Source of the DNA: an uncultured cyanobacterium
GTDB taxonomy: Bacteria > Cyanobacteriota > Cyanobacteriia > Cyanobacteriales > CAWCAG01
Length of the DNA: 64,000 bases
NCBI GenBank assembly: GCA_963793425.1
Contig: CAWCAG010000007.1
Span: 736,001-800,000, forward strand
Direction of reading: 5' to 3'
The notes below the pieces were generated by a model. The model searched no databases. It was not told the origin of the DNA and saw only the letters and a program-made list of their open reading frames with translations. The position numbers and the translations under genes were made by a program. Positions 38,653 to 48,236 of the stretch are shown in pieces. How positions within the stretch are numbered: position 1 is the first letter of the stretch; each line of letters starts with the position of its first letter.

Positions 38653-41238
38653 TTACAACCAGTTGCCCACTAAGACAAAAGGGGCCCAATAATAGGGATG
38701 GTTATAAAGGGGGTTTTTCAATAACTTAAGTTGAGCTTGACGCAGGGATTCTGCTTTGGTTAAACTGACATCAACTTTAGTTAGTTGTTGATAAAACTCG
38801 CTCATAAGTTCAGCAGTAGACTGGTCGTTAACAGACCAGAGAGTTGCTACAGTGCTGAGCGCTCCTGATCGTAAGGCAAATCCCGCTAATCCTAGGGCTG
38901 CTCGTCGATCTCCTGCTGCTGTTTGACAAGCACTAAGAACAAGTAACTCTACAGGTTTGGTTCCTTGACCCTTTTCTTGGAACAAACGAGCAAAATCCTT
39001 AACTTTAATCCGATCGTCCCAAGTGAGTAAAAAAGTCTGTTCTGGATCAGAACTAAACTGCCCGTGGGTGGCTAGGTGAACGATGCCAAAGTCCTTGGCT
39101 TGAATTTGGCTTTGGAAAGCAAGACGGGTAAAGTTCTCATCTAGCATCACTTTAGGGTCATTCAAATCAGCAGAGATTTGTTCTACTTCTACGGCGACTC
39201 CGGGTAAGGGCGGAAACCCAGCGCGAGCTTCGGTCAACCCGGCGGTTAAGGCTTGGAGCTTGGCTCTCGAACGTGCTTGTGGTAGTAGTTGCAACCCAGG
39301 ACTCAGAGCGATGCTATACTTTTCGATTAAGTATTGCTTACCATCATAAAGGGCATTCATGGGCAAGCTTCTTAAGAAGCCGTCAAGGACAAACACGAGG
39401 GTTTGAATATTATTGCTTGCTAAGTCTTCCTCCGCAGATTGGATTAGCCAGCCATAAACCTGTTGGGCAAGTTGCAGTCGCTCTTCATTAGAATACCCCA
39501 AATAGAAGGAAGAGTATAGTTTTTGTAGTATATTGTTGACTTTCTGGGAGTCCAATTGAGTGGCATAATGCTTTAAGGGTTGATCTGGTAAAGAAAGAAT
39601 TACTTCTAAGCGATCGCTTAAAATGATCGGGTAAATAACCGCTGCTTTAGCATCAAGGCTTTCAAGTTCCACCGGACGAGCTTCTAAACAAGCTTCTTGG
39701 AAGAAGTCTTCTATTTCTGCTAGCTGCAAGGCTTCGATTACTTGACGGGCTTGTTGCAGATTGTCTTGATTATCCTCTGCTTGCAATAATAAACTGACTA
39801 ATTCTCGGTAAACCGGTTCAACGCTTTCTTGAAAATCAAATTGAATATCAGAATTTACGGAGACAAGATCACTGCGTAACTTTTGTAGAGTTTCCCAAGC
39901 TTGTTGATAAGAGGTGATCGCCTTTTGGGTTTTATTTTCTTGCTTAAATACTTTACCCAATTGCCAGGAAGTACGGGCGATTAAATCATCAGCGTTAATG
40001 GTTTGGGCGATGTAAAGTGCTTGTTGGGTAACTTCAGTAGCTTCTGCCCATTGTTGCTTTTGGCTATAAAGTTTACCTAATTGGTTAAGTATTGCGGCTT
40101 CGGCACGGGGATCTTGTAGTTGCTTGGCTTCTTTTACTCCCTCTGCTAATAACTGAGCAATTTCTGAGTCATAATTAGCCCTGGAGGAAAACTTCATCAA
40201 ACTTTCGGCAAAATTAACCCTGGCATAAACCAAAGCCCTGTTGGGAGGTAAGTTTTTGATTTGGGCCTTGATTGAGGGTATAAGCTGAGTTGCGTCATTC
40301 AGCCTTTCCTGAGCAACCAAGAGGCTTAATTGATTTAATTGAGCTTGGAGAACAATGATCGGATTTTGGGCCGTCTTCGCCGCTTCTTGATAGTAATCTA
40401 GGGCAACTTGTTCTTGTCCTAAGTTCCTAGCAACGTTAGCCAAACTAAAAATTGTGGCACTCACATCATCTGTTGAATTGAGGCGATCGCTAATATGCCA
40501 ACTCTCCTCTAAAATAACCTTAGCTTGGCGCAGATCTCCAACGGTTTGTAAAGCCCGCCCCAAACTTCTCAAACCATCAGCTTTGAGTAAAGAATCTGGT
40601 TGAGATTGCAATTGTTGCTCAATTTTTTCTAAGAGGGATTTTGCTTGACGATACTGTCCTAAAACTTGCAGGGCTTGGGCTTGGTTGATTTGAGAGCCTA
40701 ACCTCCCTTGGTCATTCCCTGCCTCTTGGTATTTTTGTGCTGCTTGTTTCCAAGTCTCCAGGGCAGCTTCAGTTTGTCCCCTAGCCAGTTGCCAACTCCC
40801 TTGATTGTTTAAGGTTTGCCCCCACAAAGCAATACCCATAGAGGTTAATTCTGACTGACTTTGCAATAATGTTAAGCTAGCGGCGATCGCCTCTTTAGCT
40901 TCTGACCATTTTCCTAAGTCTTGATAAACTAAGGTGAGGTAATTCAAGGTCTGAACTTGCTTAAGAGTAGCGTCTTGTTGTTGATAGTTATCCAGTACTT
41001 GTTGCCAGGTTGTAGCAGCTTCAGCTAATCTTCCTCCTTCATAAAGCTGTTTGCCTTGTTGCAAAAGGTTGACTTGTACTATTTGATTATGTTGAAGGGG
41101 AGGACTTTGGGCTACAGCAGGAATAAAAGATGTCACCACAAATAAAGTGGCGATCGCCCAAGCAACAAACTTAACCTTACTGAAGCCTGTCCTTGCAAAC
41201 AAGTACTTAACAGTACGTTTAATTTCCCAGAGAAACAT
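38653..41238 (-). CDS. secreted TPR + CHAT (caspase-like) domain protein
   Basis: Signal peptide, TPRs, VHLATHGQF (His) and LVLSACQTA (Cys), HPYYWAPFVLVGNWL. Confidence 0.95.
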   Translation of the reverse strand: MFLWEIKRTVKYLFARTGFSKVKFVAWAIATLFVVTSFIPAVAQSPPLQHNQIVQVNLLQQGKQLYEGGRLAEAATTWQQVLDNYQQQDATLKQVQTLNYLTLVYQDLGKWSEAKEAIAASLTLLQSQSELTSMGIALWGQTLNNQGSWQLARGQTEAALETWKQAAQKYQEAGNDQGRLGSQINQAQALQVLGQYRQAKSLLEKIEQQLQSQPDSLLKADGLRSLGRALQTVGDLRQAKVILEESWHISDRLNSTDDVSATIFSLANVARNLGQEQVALDYYQEAAKTAQNPIIVLQAQLNQLSLLVAQERLNDATQLIPSIKAQIKNLPPNRALVYARVNFAESLMKFSSRANYDSEIAQLLAEGVKEAKQLQDPRAEAAILNQLGKLYSQKQQWAEATEVTQQALYIAQTINADDLIARTSWQLGKVFKQENKTQKAITSYQQAWETLQKLRSDLVSVNSDIQFDFQESVEPVYRELVSLLLQAEDNQDNLQQARQVIEALQLAEIEDFFQEACLEARPVELESLDAKAAVIYPIILSDRLEVILSLPDQPLKHYATQLDSQKVNNILQKLYSSFYLGYSNEERLQLAQQVYGWLIQSAEEDLASNNIQTLVFVLDGFLRSLPMNALYDGKQYLIEKYSIALSPGLQLLPQARSRAKLQALTAGLTEARAGFPPLPGVAVEVEQISADLNDPKVMLDENFTRLAFQSQIQAKDFGIVHLATHGQFSSDPEQTFLLTWDDRIKVKDFARLFQEKGQGTKPVELLVLSACQTAAGDRRAALGLAGFALRSGALSTVATLWSVNDQSTAELMSEFYQQLTKVDVSLTKAESLRQAQLKLLKNPLYNHPYYWAPFVLVGNWL

Positions 41239-41339
41239 GACATTAATACCAATTTGCTTAAAGTTTTCTATGCAGAAGGGAGCAAGAAGCTGGGAACAGC
41301 GTAGATTTACTCATTACCCATTACCCATTACCTATTTAC

Positions 41340-44078
41340 TTAACTTCCCACCCCACACTCCGGTACATCAGCCCATGATCCCTGAATACCGGCTTCTGAT
41401 AGATGCGCCACTAATTCTAGATTTCCTGATTCATTAACTACCCAGCCTGTTGCTTGAACAGGTAAAGGTTCGGTAGTTGAAGAAGAATTATTTGCCTGGG
41501 GAAGCTGCACAGTGTTGCTAAGTTGTTCTTCCCCAGAAAAATCTTGTAAATCTTGCCATATAGTTTCCCCTCGAATAGTTCCTGCTGCATCTTCTGGCAA
41601 ACCCCCTCTACCTGTGATGATAAAGCGACTTTCAGCAGAGGTAGCACAACCAACAGCAATTTGTTCGGTGGGATCAACAACTTCATCTGGTAACTCCACA
41701 AGTCCCGAACTAGGGTCAACTCCCAAGGTGGTAATATCTACCACACCGCTAAATTGCGGCCCGAGGTCAGAGGTTGCAGTAATGTCACTTTGGGGAGTTA
41801 AGAAAGCACGAAACTCTGTTCCAAAAATACCTTCAGCCGTAATAATCACCCTACCACCTCTACCTTGTTGAGCATTGGCAGTAATATCACTATTTTCTAG
41901 GGCTGCAAGTACGCCGGTTTCCATGATGATGTTGCCTCCATCTGCATTACCAGCATCCGTTGCAATACGACTGTTACGCCGCAGAATAATCCCTATAGCA
42001 TTTAAACGAATGTTACCCCCTGCCCCCGTAACTGTTGCTGCGGAGATAGTTCCTTGGTTATCAAGAAGAATGCGCCTTGCTTGAACATTAAGGTTGCCAG
42101 CCCCACCGGTACTAGTAGCTCTTACTCCAACTTCTGCCCCATTTTCTACTCTAAAATCTTTTGTATGAATATCAATGTTTCCGGCTGCCCCTGCACCACT
42201 GGTATTAGAATCAATGGCACTAGGGACAATGCCATCACCCAAGATACCAAAAGAAACTGCTTCGACAAAAGGATTTACTCCTGTGGCAAACCCTGACACT
42301 TCAACTGATTCTGAAGCCTTAATGGAGATGCTCCCTGCTGGGTTGCTTCCCCCTGTTGCCACAGAAATTTGCGCCCCATCCCTCACACTAACTCGTTTAC
42401 TATTAATAGTAAGATTCCCTGCGGCGGCATTACCCGATTGTCCTCCCACAGTGAGTAGAGAGGAAGAAGCGAACAAACCACTCAAAAATATGCCATCTGG
42501 TGAAATACCCCTTAGATCAACCACATCCGCAATAACATCAAGATTGCCACCTAAAGCTGCCCCGGATGTGGCAGAGGAAAGTTGCCCTCCTTCAGCTACT
42601 ACAAGCTGTCCTGTTGTAATTTTTAAGTTGCCTGCGGCTCCTCCGCCAAGGGTGGTGGTAAACAAGCCTACAGGAGCAGTTGCATTGGCAGGCGTTCCCC
42701 TAATTTCGACGCTTCCTGCATTAATAGTCATATCCCCACCCTTGCCGGAACTAATTTGGTTAGGGGTGGTACTAAAAACTGAGCCGTTAAGCAAGCGCAA
42801 CTGCCCTGCTGTGAACTCAAAGCTCCCCGAAGCACCTACCCCAGCCGTGCCAGCCAGGAAAATAGAACCTTCATCAATTTCTGCTAATCCAGTAACGTTG
42901 AAATCCATATCCCCCCCGGCACCGTTAGCAAAAGCAGTTGTGAGGATAGCTGCACCACCCTTAGATAGTAATTGGTTTGCGGTAATCTTAACCTTGCCCG
43001 CAGCACCGCCTCCCAGACTAAGGCTATACAAGCCATCTCGCAGTGCCAAAGGATTAAAAGTACCAAATCTAATTTCATCTTTAATCGTATTAGGTGCAGC
43101 CCCGTTGAGTTCTACTATTGAGGAATTGATGTTGATATCCCCTGCCTTGGCAGTACCTAAAAATGTAGAAGAAGAGAGGTAAGAAAGACTTTCTAGCTTA
43201 AATTCTGTACCTTGAATATCAATACCTGCACCGGGTAAGTTACCGAAGGTATCGGAGACTAAGCTAGAGCCTTGAGTCAGGTTAATAGCCCCGCCTTGAA
43301 GAATAATCCCCCCCCCTGCCAAACCACTAGTGTTAACCATTGCACCGGAAGTTAAGCTGATTTTTCCAGGGTTAGGAACAGCCTCTGTAGAGTTGAGGTT
43401 GAAAGTGCTGTTGCTGGTACTTACTAATTGCACTTTTCCCCCCAATGTAGTTAAGTTAGCCCCCTCAAAACCAATCTCACCGCCAACAAAGGTAACATTT
43501 TGACCTGGATTAACAGCTAACCCAGTTGTAGAACGATTAATAATACTCCCAGGATTAGCAAATATCTGCAAACCAACTGGGGCAGTTACCGTTAATAAAG
43601 CAGAATTGCTTGTGTCTGTAGCGCTGAAAAAACTATTATCAGTAAATGTTATTCTGTCTGCGGTACTAGCAAAAAAGGAACCGCTAATATTTAGTTGAGC
43701 ATTGCTGCCAAAGGCAATACCGTTAGGGTTGAGCAAAAATAAATTGCTGGTGTTGCTGGCATTAATTATGCCATCAAGATTAGAAACTTGCCCTCCCGTA
43801 ATCCGGACAAATGTATTAGTTACAGCACCGTTATTAAATTGGACTGTATTACCCCCAGTAAGAGAAAAGTTGCTGAAGCTATGGAAGAGGTTTGTACCTT
43901 GGAGATTTCCCCCAGTAATGGTGCAGAGAGCAGCTACACAGGCATTACTGTTGCTACCATTAACAAAAGTGCCAACTGTAGAGTCTGGGGTTATTTGGGC
44001 TTGAACACTGAGGTTAAAATCTAAACAACTCAGCGCTAGACTACCAATCAGGGAGAATCTGGGGAAGATTTTATTCAT
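41340..44078 (-). CDS. filamentous haemagglutinin/TPS-domain exoprotein
   Basis: QAQITPD, NLFHSFSNF, NPNGI.FG TPS motifs; beta-helix Gly-rich repeats; C-terminal F.ITGRGGLP and ATGW motifs. Confidence 0.93.
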   Translation of the reverse strand: MNKIFPRFSLIGSLALSCLDFNLSVQAQITPDSTVGTFVNGSNSNACVAALCTITGGNLQGTNLFHSFSNFSLTGGNTVQFNNGAVTNTFVRITGGQVSNLDGIINASNTSNLFLLNPNGIAFGSNAQLNISGSFFASTADRITFTDNSFFSATDTSNSALLTVTAPVGLQIFANPGSIINRSTTGLAVNPGQNVTFVGGEIGFEGANLTTLGGKVQLVSTSNSTFNLNSTEAVPNPGKISLTSGAMVNTSGLAGGGIILQGGAINLTQGSSLVSDTFGNLPGAGIDIQGTEFKLESLSYLSSSTFLGTAKAGDININSSIVELNGAAPNTIKDEIRFGTFNPLALRDGLYSLSLGGGAAGKVKITANQLLSKGGAAILTTAFANGAGGDMDFNVTGLAEIDEGSIFLAGTAGVGASGSFEFTAGQLRLLNGSVFSTTPNQISSGKGGDMTINAGSVEIRGTPANATAPVGLFTTTLGGGAAGNLKITTGQLVVAEGGQLSSATSGAALGGNLDVIADVVDLRGISPDGIFLSGLFASSSLLTVGGQSGNAAAGNLTINSKRVSVRDGAQISVATGGSNPAGSISIKASESVEVSGFATGVNPFVEAVSFGILGDGIVPSAIDSNTSGAGAAGNIDIHTKDFRVENGAEVGVRATSTGGAGNLNVQARRILLDNQGTISAATVTGAGGNIRLNAIGIILRRNSRIATDAGNADGGNIIMETGVLAALENSDITANAQQGRGGRVIITAEGIFGTEFRAFLTPQSDITATSDLGPQFSGVVDITTLGVDPSSGLVELPDEVVDPTEQIAVGCATSAESRFIITGRGGLPEDAAGTIRGETIWQDLQDFSGEEQLSNTVQLPQANNSSSTTEPLPVQATGWVVNESGNLELVAHLSEAGIQGSWADVPECGVGS

Positions 44079-44568
44079 TAAGGCTACAGTGACATGAAAA
44101 GTGCGATCGCGCTTAGAATAAATTTGAGATGCCCATAAAAATTAGAATCATTTTCAGATCAAGTATAAATGACTAATAGCCAAAACCAAAGTTTTGCTAG
44201 ATAACAATTAACAGAACTAGCTAAGTTGGGCTAGCAAGATTTTTAGTTAACTAATATTGATACGGTATTCCTAGTTTTTGCTTTAGATCAGGAATTGAAT
44301 TTGCAAGGCTGGCTTCATCATGAAGATATCAAGAATATTCTTAGGACTGACTTAAGTAATATTAACTAATTTCAGAATAAAACTTAGCTACCACCGAAAT
44401 TAATAACAAGCTTAACCTAGAATAAGTACTTGCTCAATCAAAGTGTATAATCTCTGGGTGAATATCAGTACCGTGATATAACTTAAATTGTCTTCTTCAA
44501 AACTTCATCTTAACCTGTTGACATTACTAGGGAAAATCAAATAGCTTAGGAATCACTCTTAACTAAAT

Positions 44569-45081
44569 ATGAATGAGGTAGATTTTATGAACTTAAGCTT
44601 TAAGGCTGTTGCTACAGTAGCAGTCTCAGCCGTAGCCACATCCTTAGCGGCTGCCACTTTTCCGACAACAGCTTCGGCTTTTACTCTCGGTGATTACAAC
44701 CTGGTAGTATTTGAGGATTTAACTAGCAACTCTGAGGTGGAAGGTAGTACTTTTGTCGGTGGCAACCTGTTAGGGAATTCTTCCAATTACTGCATTAAAT
44801 GCTCTCCAGGTGGCAGCTTCAATCCTTTTGATGGTGTCGGTTTGAAGGTTGTTGGCAACATAAGCGGTAACCCGAAGCAAGTCAATAACGGTGCAGACTT
44901 AGAGTACGGTGGTAATTTAAACGCAATCGTCAATATGAATGGCGGTGGTAGTAAAACTCAGAATAGTGACCTCGCTAATGAGTTTAACGATCTGAAAAAT
45001 TTCCTCACCGGTACTTCTACAAAACTTGCAGGTTTAACAGCAAATAGTAGCGTAGTTATTCCTGGGACTCAACCTGGTTAA
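44569..45081 (+). pseudogene. truncated choice-of-anchor A family exoprotein
   Basis: Signal peptide (ASA-F), YNLVVFEDL...EVEG..FVGGNL motif; ends at 170 aa without a C-terminal half or sorting signal. Confidence 0.55.
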
Positions 45082-45133
45082 AGATGATGTTTTAATCAGG
45101 GTTAGAGGTTTGGAAGTACTTCTAACTTTAAGA

Positions 45134-45658
45134 TCATTTCTGTTCATAATGTTGAGCTAAATCATAGGTATTCCAACTTTTACAGTCTTTAGGTTCGTAT
45201 CCCAATAGTTTTGCTACTTCGTGCATTCGCCTTATATTTGGTGCTTCAACTTCTATGAATACAGGAATATGTTCTAAAGCATCTTGATAATCATCGATAA
45301 CAATTTTTGTATCTTCTAAAGTATATTCTGTACGAAACTTACGAGTTTCTTTAATTACCTTTAGCCCCAATGTTTCTAAAATAGTTTTCATATTACCTAA
45401 ATCAGAGACTAAAGTTTCACACTCTTCCATCACTTTAGCTTCCCCCTGGGCAATGTGCTTTTTATAAGCTAAAACCGTCTCTTCCCCTTCCTTACGCAAC
45501 CTTAAAACATCTCCTTGCTGACGAATACTGCTGTCAGAAAAGTCATAGAAAATAGCATAAAGTTCTCCAGCAAAGGATTTACTAGCACCAAGTTCTTGCA
45601 ACTTGTCTTCAATTATTTCTTGGTCAATTTCGAGGATTTTAACTTCTATTTCTTGCAT
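45134..45658 (-). CDS. CYTH domain protein (class IV adenylate cyclase/CyaB-like)
   Basis: EIEVK, LRLRK, K.R.EY, FIEVE motifs. Confidence 0.88.
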   Translation of the reverse strand: MQEIEVKILEIDQEIIEDKLQELGASKSFAGELYAIFYDFSDSSIRQQGDVLRLRKEGEETVLAYKKHIAQGEAKVMEECETLVSDLGNMKTILETLGLKVIKETRKFRTEYTLEDTKIVIDDYQDALEHIPVFIEVEAPNIRRMHEVAKLLGYEPKDCKSWNTYDLAQHYEQK

Positions 45659-45682
45659 ATCTTTTATTCTTTATCTATTAAA

Positions 45683-46564
45683 CTAAGTAGCAACTTTACC
45701 AAGAACATTAAGAAAGCCATATTCTTCTAAAAACTGCTTTTGTTGATGGTTACGAACAAAAAAAGAACCGACAAAACCTAAAGAATTAATAGAAATAGAC
45801 TGAAAACTTTCTTGGGATCGCGGTACAATCAATAACCATTTTCTAGTTGCCAAAAGATTATAGGCGTGAGGTTGCTGATGATTATTCAAACCCAAAGTTT
45901 GCAAAAGCTGGTGATATTGTTGCCAAATTACTTCTCCAGAGGTGGGAAAATCCAGCTTTGCAATAGCGTGGGGAAAATTTAAAGACGGTATTTTGCCCAC
46001 AGAACCTTGCCACTGTGTAGAAGCAATGGTAACTTCTAAAGGAAAATTCATTGCTTCTATTTCTGCAACCAAAGGAAAAGGCACTAGTTGCAAATGTTTG
46101 TGGCGCTGGCTTGCACCAGCCTTTTTGCCACTGTTATAAAAAGCTAAACCTTCTATTTCTCTTAAACAAGTTTCCATAGCCTCAAAATCTTCCCAACTCA
46201 AGAGATTTTCCTGGGCTTCAAACTCCCGCGTTACTATCAGGATATGATCATCAACCACATTAAACTTATTAAGCAAGCATAAATGAGTATCAGAAATATC
46301 AGCTACAAATAAACCCTCTTCGTAAGGAAGAAAAGGATTATAATCTTGACCCGAAGGAGATTTTTCTTCCTGTTGCTGTTTAGCTCGCTCTTTATGGGCA
46401 ATATTAGCCAGAATACGGACTAGAAAAGGGATTCCATCTTGCTCAATCAACTCATATTCTGTAGGTAAAGAATGAAGTGCGCCACCTTCAAGGGCATAGT
46501 GAGTTTGTTGTTTAACTTTAGCCCATAAAGTTCCTGAATCTAAAGTAGTATTTGTTTCAGACAT
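45683..46564 (-). CDS. ATP adenylyltransferase (Ap4A phosphorylase, Apa2-like)
   Basis: NPFLPYE, LLNKFNV, FYNSG..AGASQ.HKHLQ; ATG at 46564. Confidence 0.92.
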   Translation of the reverse strand: MSETNTTLDSGTLWAKVKQQTHYALEGGALHSLPTEYELIEQDGIPFLVRILANIAHKERAKQQQEEKSPSGQDYNPFLPYEEGLFVADISDTHLCLLNKFNVVDDHILIVTREFEAQENLLSWEDFEAMETCLREIEGLAFYNSGKKAGASQRHKHLQLVPFPLVAEIEAMNFPLEVTIASTQWQGSVGKIPSLNFPHAIAKLDFPTSGEVIWQQYHQLLQTLGLNNHQQPHAYNLLATRKWLLIVPRSQESFQSISINSLGFVGSFFVRNHQQKQFLEEYGFLNVLGKVAT

Positions 46565-46651
46565 TTTTCCGATTATAGGAGCATTGTTTATTGACCCAGA
46601 GCTATTTATGATGATTTGTAGGAAATTTGTCAAGAATATTTTTGAGTAGCC

Positions 46652-47185
46652 ATGCCAAAATTCACTTTATTTACTGCCCTGTTGTTTCCCTTTGCCTTAG
46701 CTTTTTCCACTCCTGCTTTAGCAGAAGAAATGTTTATCAAACTCAATTTTACTGATGCTGAGGGTATTGGTGAACAAGTTGGTACAGTTAAGCTAGAAGA
46801 TACAGAATATGGTTTGTTAATCACCCCTCAATTAAAAGGACTTCCTCAAGGTGTACATGGGTTTCATATTCATGAGAACCCTGATTGTGGCCCCGGACTC
46901 AAAGATGGTAAAGTCGTTCCTGGCTTAAACGCTGGAGGGCATTTTGACCCCTTTAACACAGGGAAACATGAAGGCCCCTATGGGGATGGACATTTAGGGG
47001 ATCTACCGCCTTTATGGGTCAATGAAGAAGGAATAGCGATGATTCCAGGATTAGCCCCTCGCCTTAAGTTAGCTTATTTATCAGGTCGTTCTCTGATGAT
47101 TCATCAAGGAGGAGATAACTTTTCTGATGATCCCGAAGCTTTAGGGGGAGGCGGTGCAAGGTTGGCTTGCGGAGTTATTGAGTAA
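46652..47185 (+). CDS. sodC: periplasmic Cu/Zn superoxide dismutase
   Basis: Signal peptide; HGFHIH, AGGHFDP, HEGP..GHLGDLP, IHQGGDN, GGGGARLACG. Confidence 0.96.
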   Translation: MPKFTLFTALLFPFALAFSTPALAEEMFIKLNFTDAEGIGEQVGTVKLEDTEYGLLITPQLKGLPQGVHGFHIHENPDCGPGLKDGKVVPGLNAGGHFDPFNTGKHEGPYGDGHLGDLPPLWVNEEGIAMIPGLAPRLKLAYLSGRSLMIHQGGDNFSDDPEALGGGGARLACGVIE

Positions 47186-47237
47186 GCTGTCAGGCTTATA
47201 TTGCTTGTTGAGGCAAAAAAGCAAAAGCGGGGGAATA

Positions 47238-47696
47238 TTAAGAAGTTTGCAGATAAATTGTTTCAGCCACTCTTTTTAAGCGCCTTAATTGTGCTTTCAT
47301 ATCCTTCTTGGTCCAACTAGCTGCAAAAGTATTGAAACCCCAGCTAATTACCGGATTAGCAACCTTAAACTTAAAACGATTCAGCAACTTAGTACCTTCA
47401 GAATCAGGCTGACATTCCCAGCGATCGCTGCCTTGGAAAAAACCTTCAAAACCCCAAACAATTAAACCAGGTTCTCGTTCAATTACGACACTTTTTAAAG
47501 TAGGTTGCAAGACAGGGACTTTGATGATGAAACGGCTGCGGCTACCAACTTCTGTACTCCATTTTCCTATAGGTTCACAATGCAAGGCAGGATTAAGCCA
47601 ACGGTGCATTAATTCACGATCTGTTAAACACTTTTCAACGATAGTGGCGCTAGCCTTGATATGAATGGATTGTTCAAAAATTTGAGCAGATGGCAT
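47238..47696 (-). CDS. SRPBCC/polyketide cyclase family protein
   Basis: LMHRWLNP, WGFEGFF.G.DRWEC. Confidence 0.85.
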   Translation of the reverse strand: MPSAQIFEQSIHIKASATIVEKCLTDRELMHRWLNPALHCEPIGKWSTEVGSRSRFIIKVPVLQPTLKSVVIEREPGLIVWGFEGFFQGSDRWECQPDSEGTKLLNRFKFKVANPVISWGFNTFAASWTKKDMKAQLRRLKRVAETIYLQTS

Positions 47697-48236
47697 ATTT
47701 ATTAAAGTAAACAAAGCAAGTTTGAATCAGATTTTACACTCTAGATATTATTAACTTTTATAAAGTATAACTGATGACAAAAACTACAGGCAATCTTAGA
47801 AAGGATTATTTTTCTAAGCTCAGTTAGGTGTAAATAACAGGTAATAAATAAGAGATTTAGTTTTCTTTTTTCGCCAATCTTTATCTATGTTAAGCTTTAC
47901 TAACTTTTAGAAACCTTAGTCGAAAATATTCTTACTGGTTGCCTTGCTGGTTAAATGAAATAAATCCCTCTAGAGGAGTAGCAACAAATTAACTTTGCAC
48001 TGATAAGTATGCCAACTGGGGGAAAACTTAAAGCAAATCCCCCTTGGCTTTGGTTATTTATGTAAAAAAAGATTACTGTTTTTAGGGAAAAGCGTAGTAT
48101 AGACAGCATAGAATATCAACTTTTATATGGGATAATTCCAGTGCGAATGCCCTATCAAGAGTGGGGCAAGCCGCCGGAGTTTTTACTTAGAGAATCCTAA
48201 TGGATTTATGAAGATAATGAATGGAACAGAACAAGA

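Noticed and set aside
42175..43182. 335-aa plus-strand ORF and other antisense ORFs in the haemagglutinin, serA, CmpX and aroA genes
   Set aside because: Shadow frames antisense to well-supported genes; Pro/Ala-rich, no motifs.
48141..48185. c-di-GMP-I riboswitch resemblance (AAGAGTGGG...AAGCC.CCGG)
   Set aside because: Lacks the GGCAAA, GNRA loop and GACGCAAA core; kept only as a low-interest structured-leader candidate.
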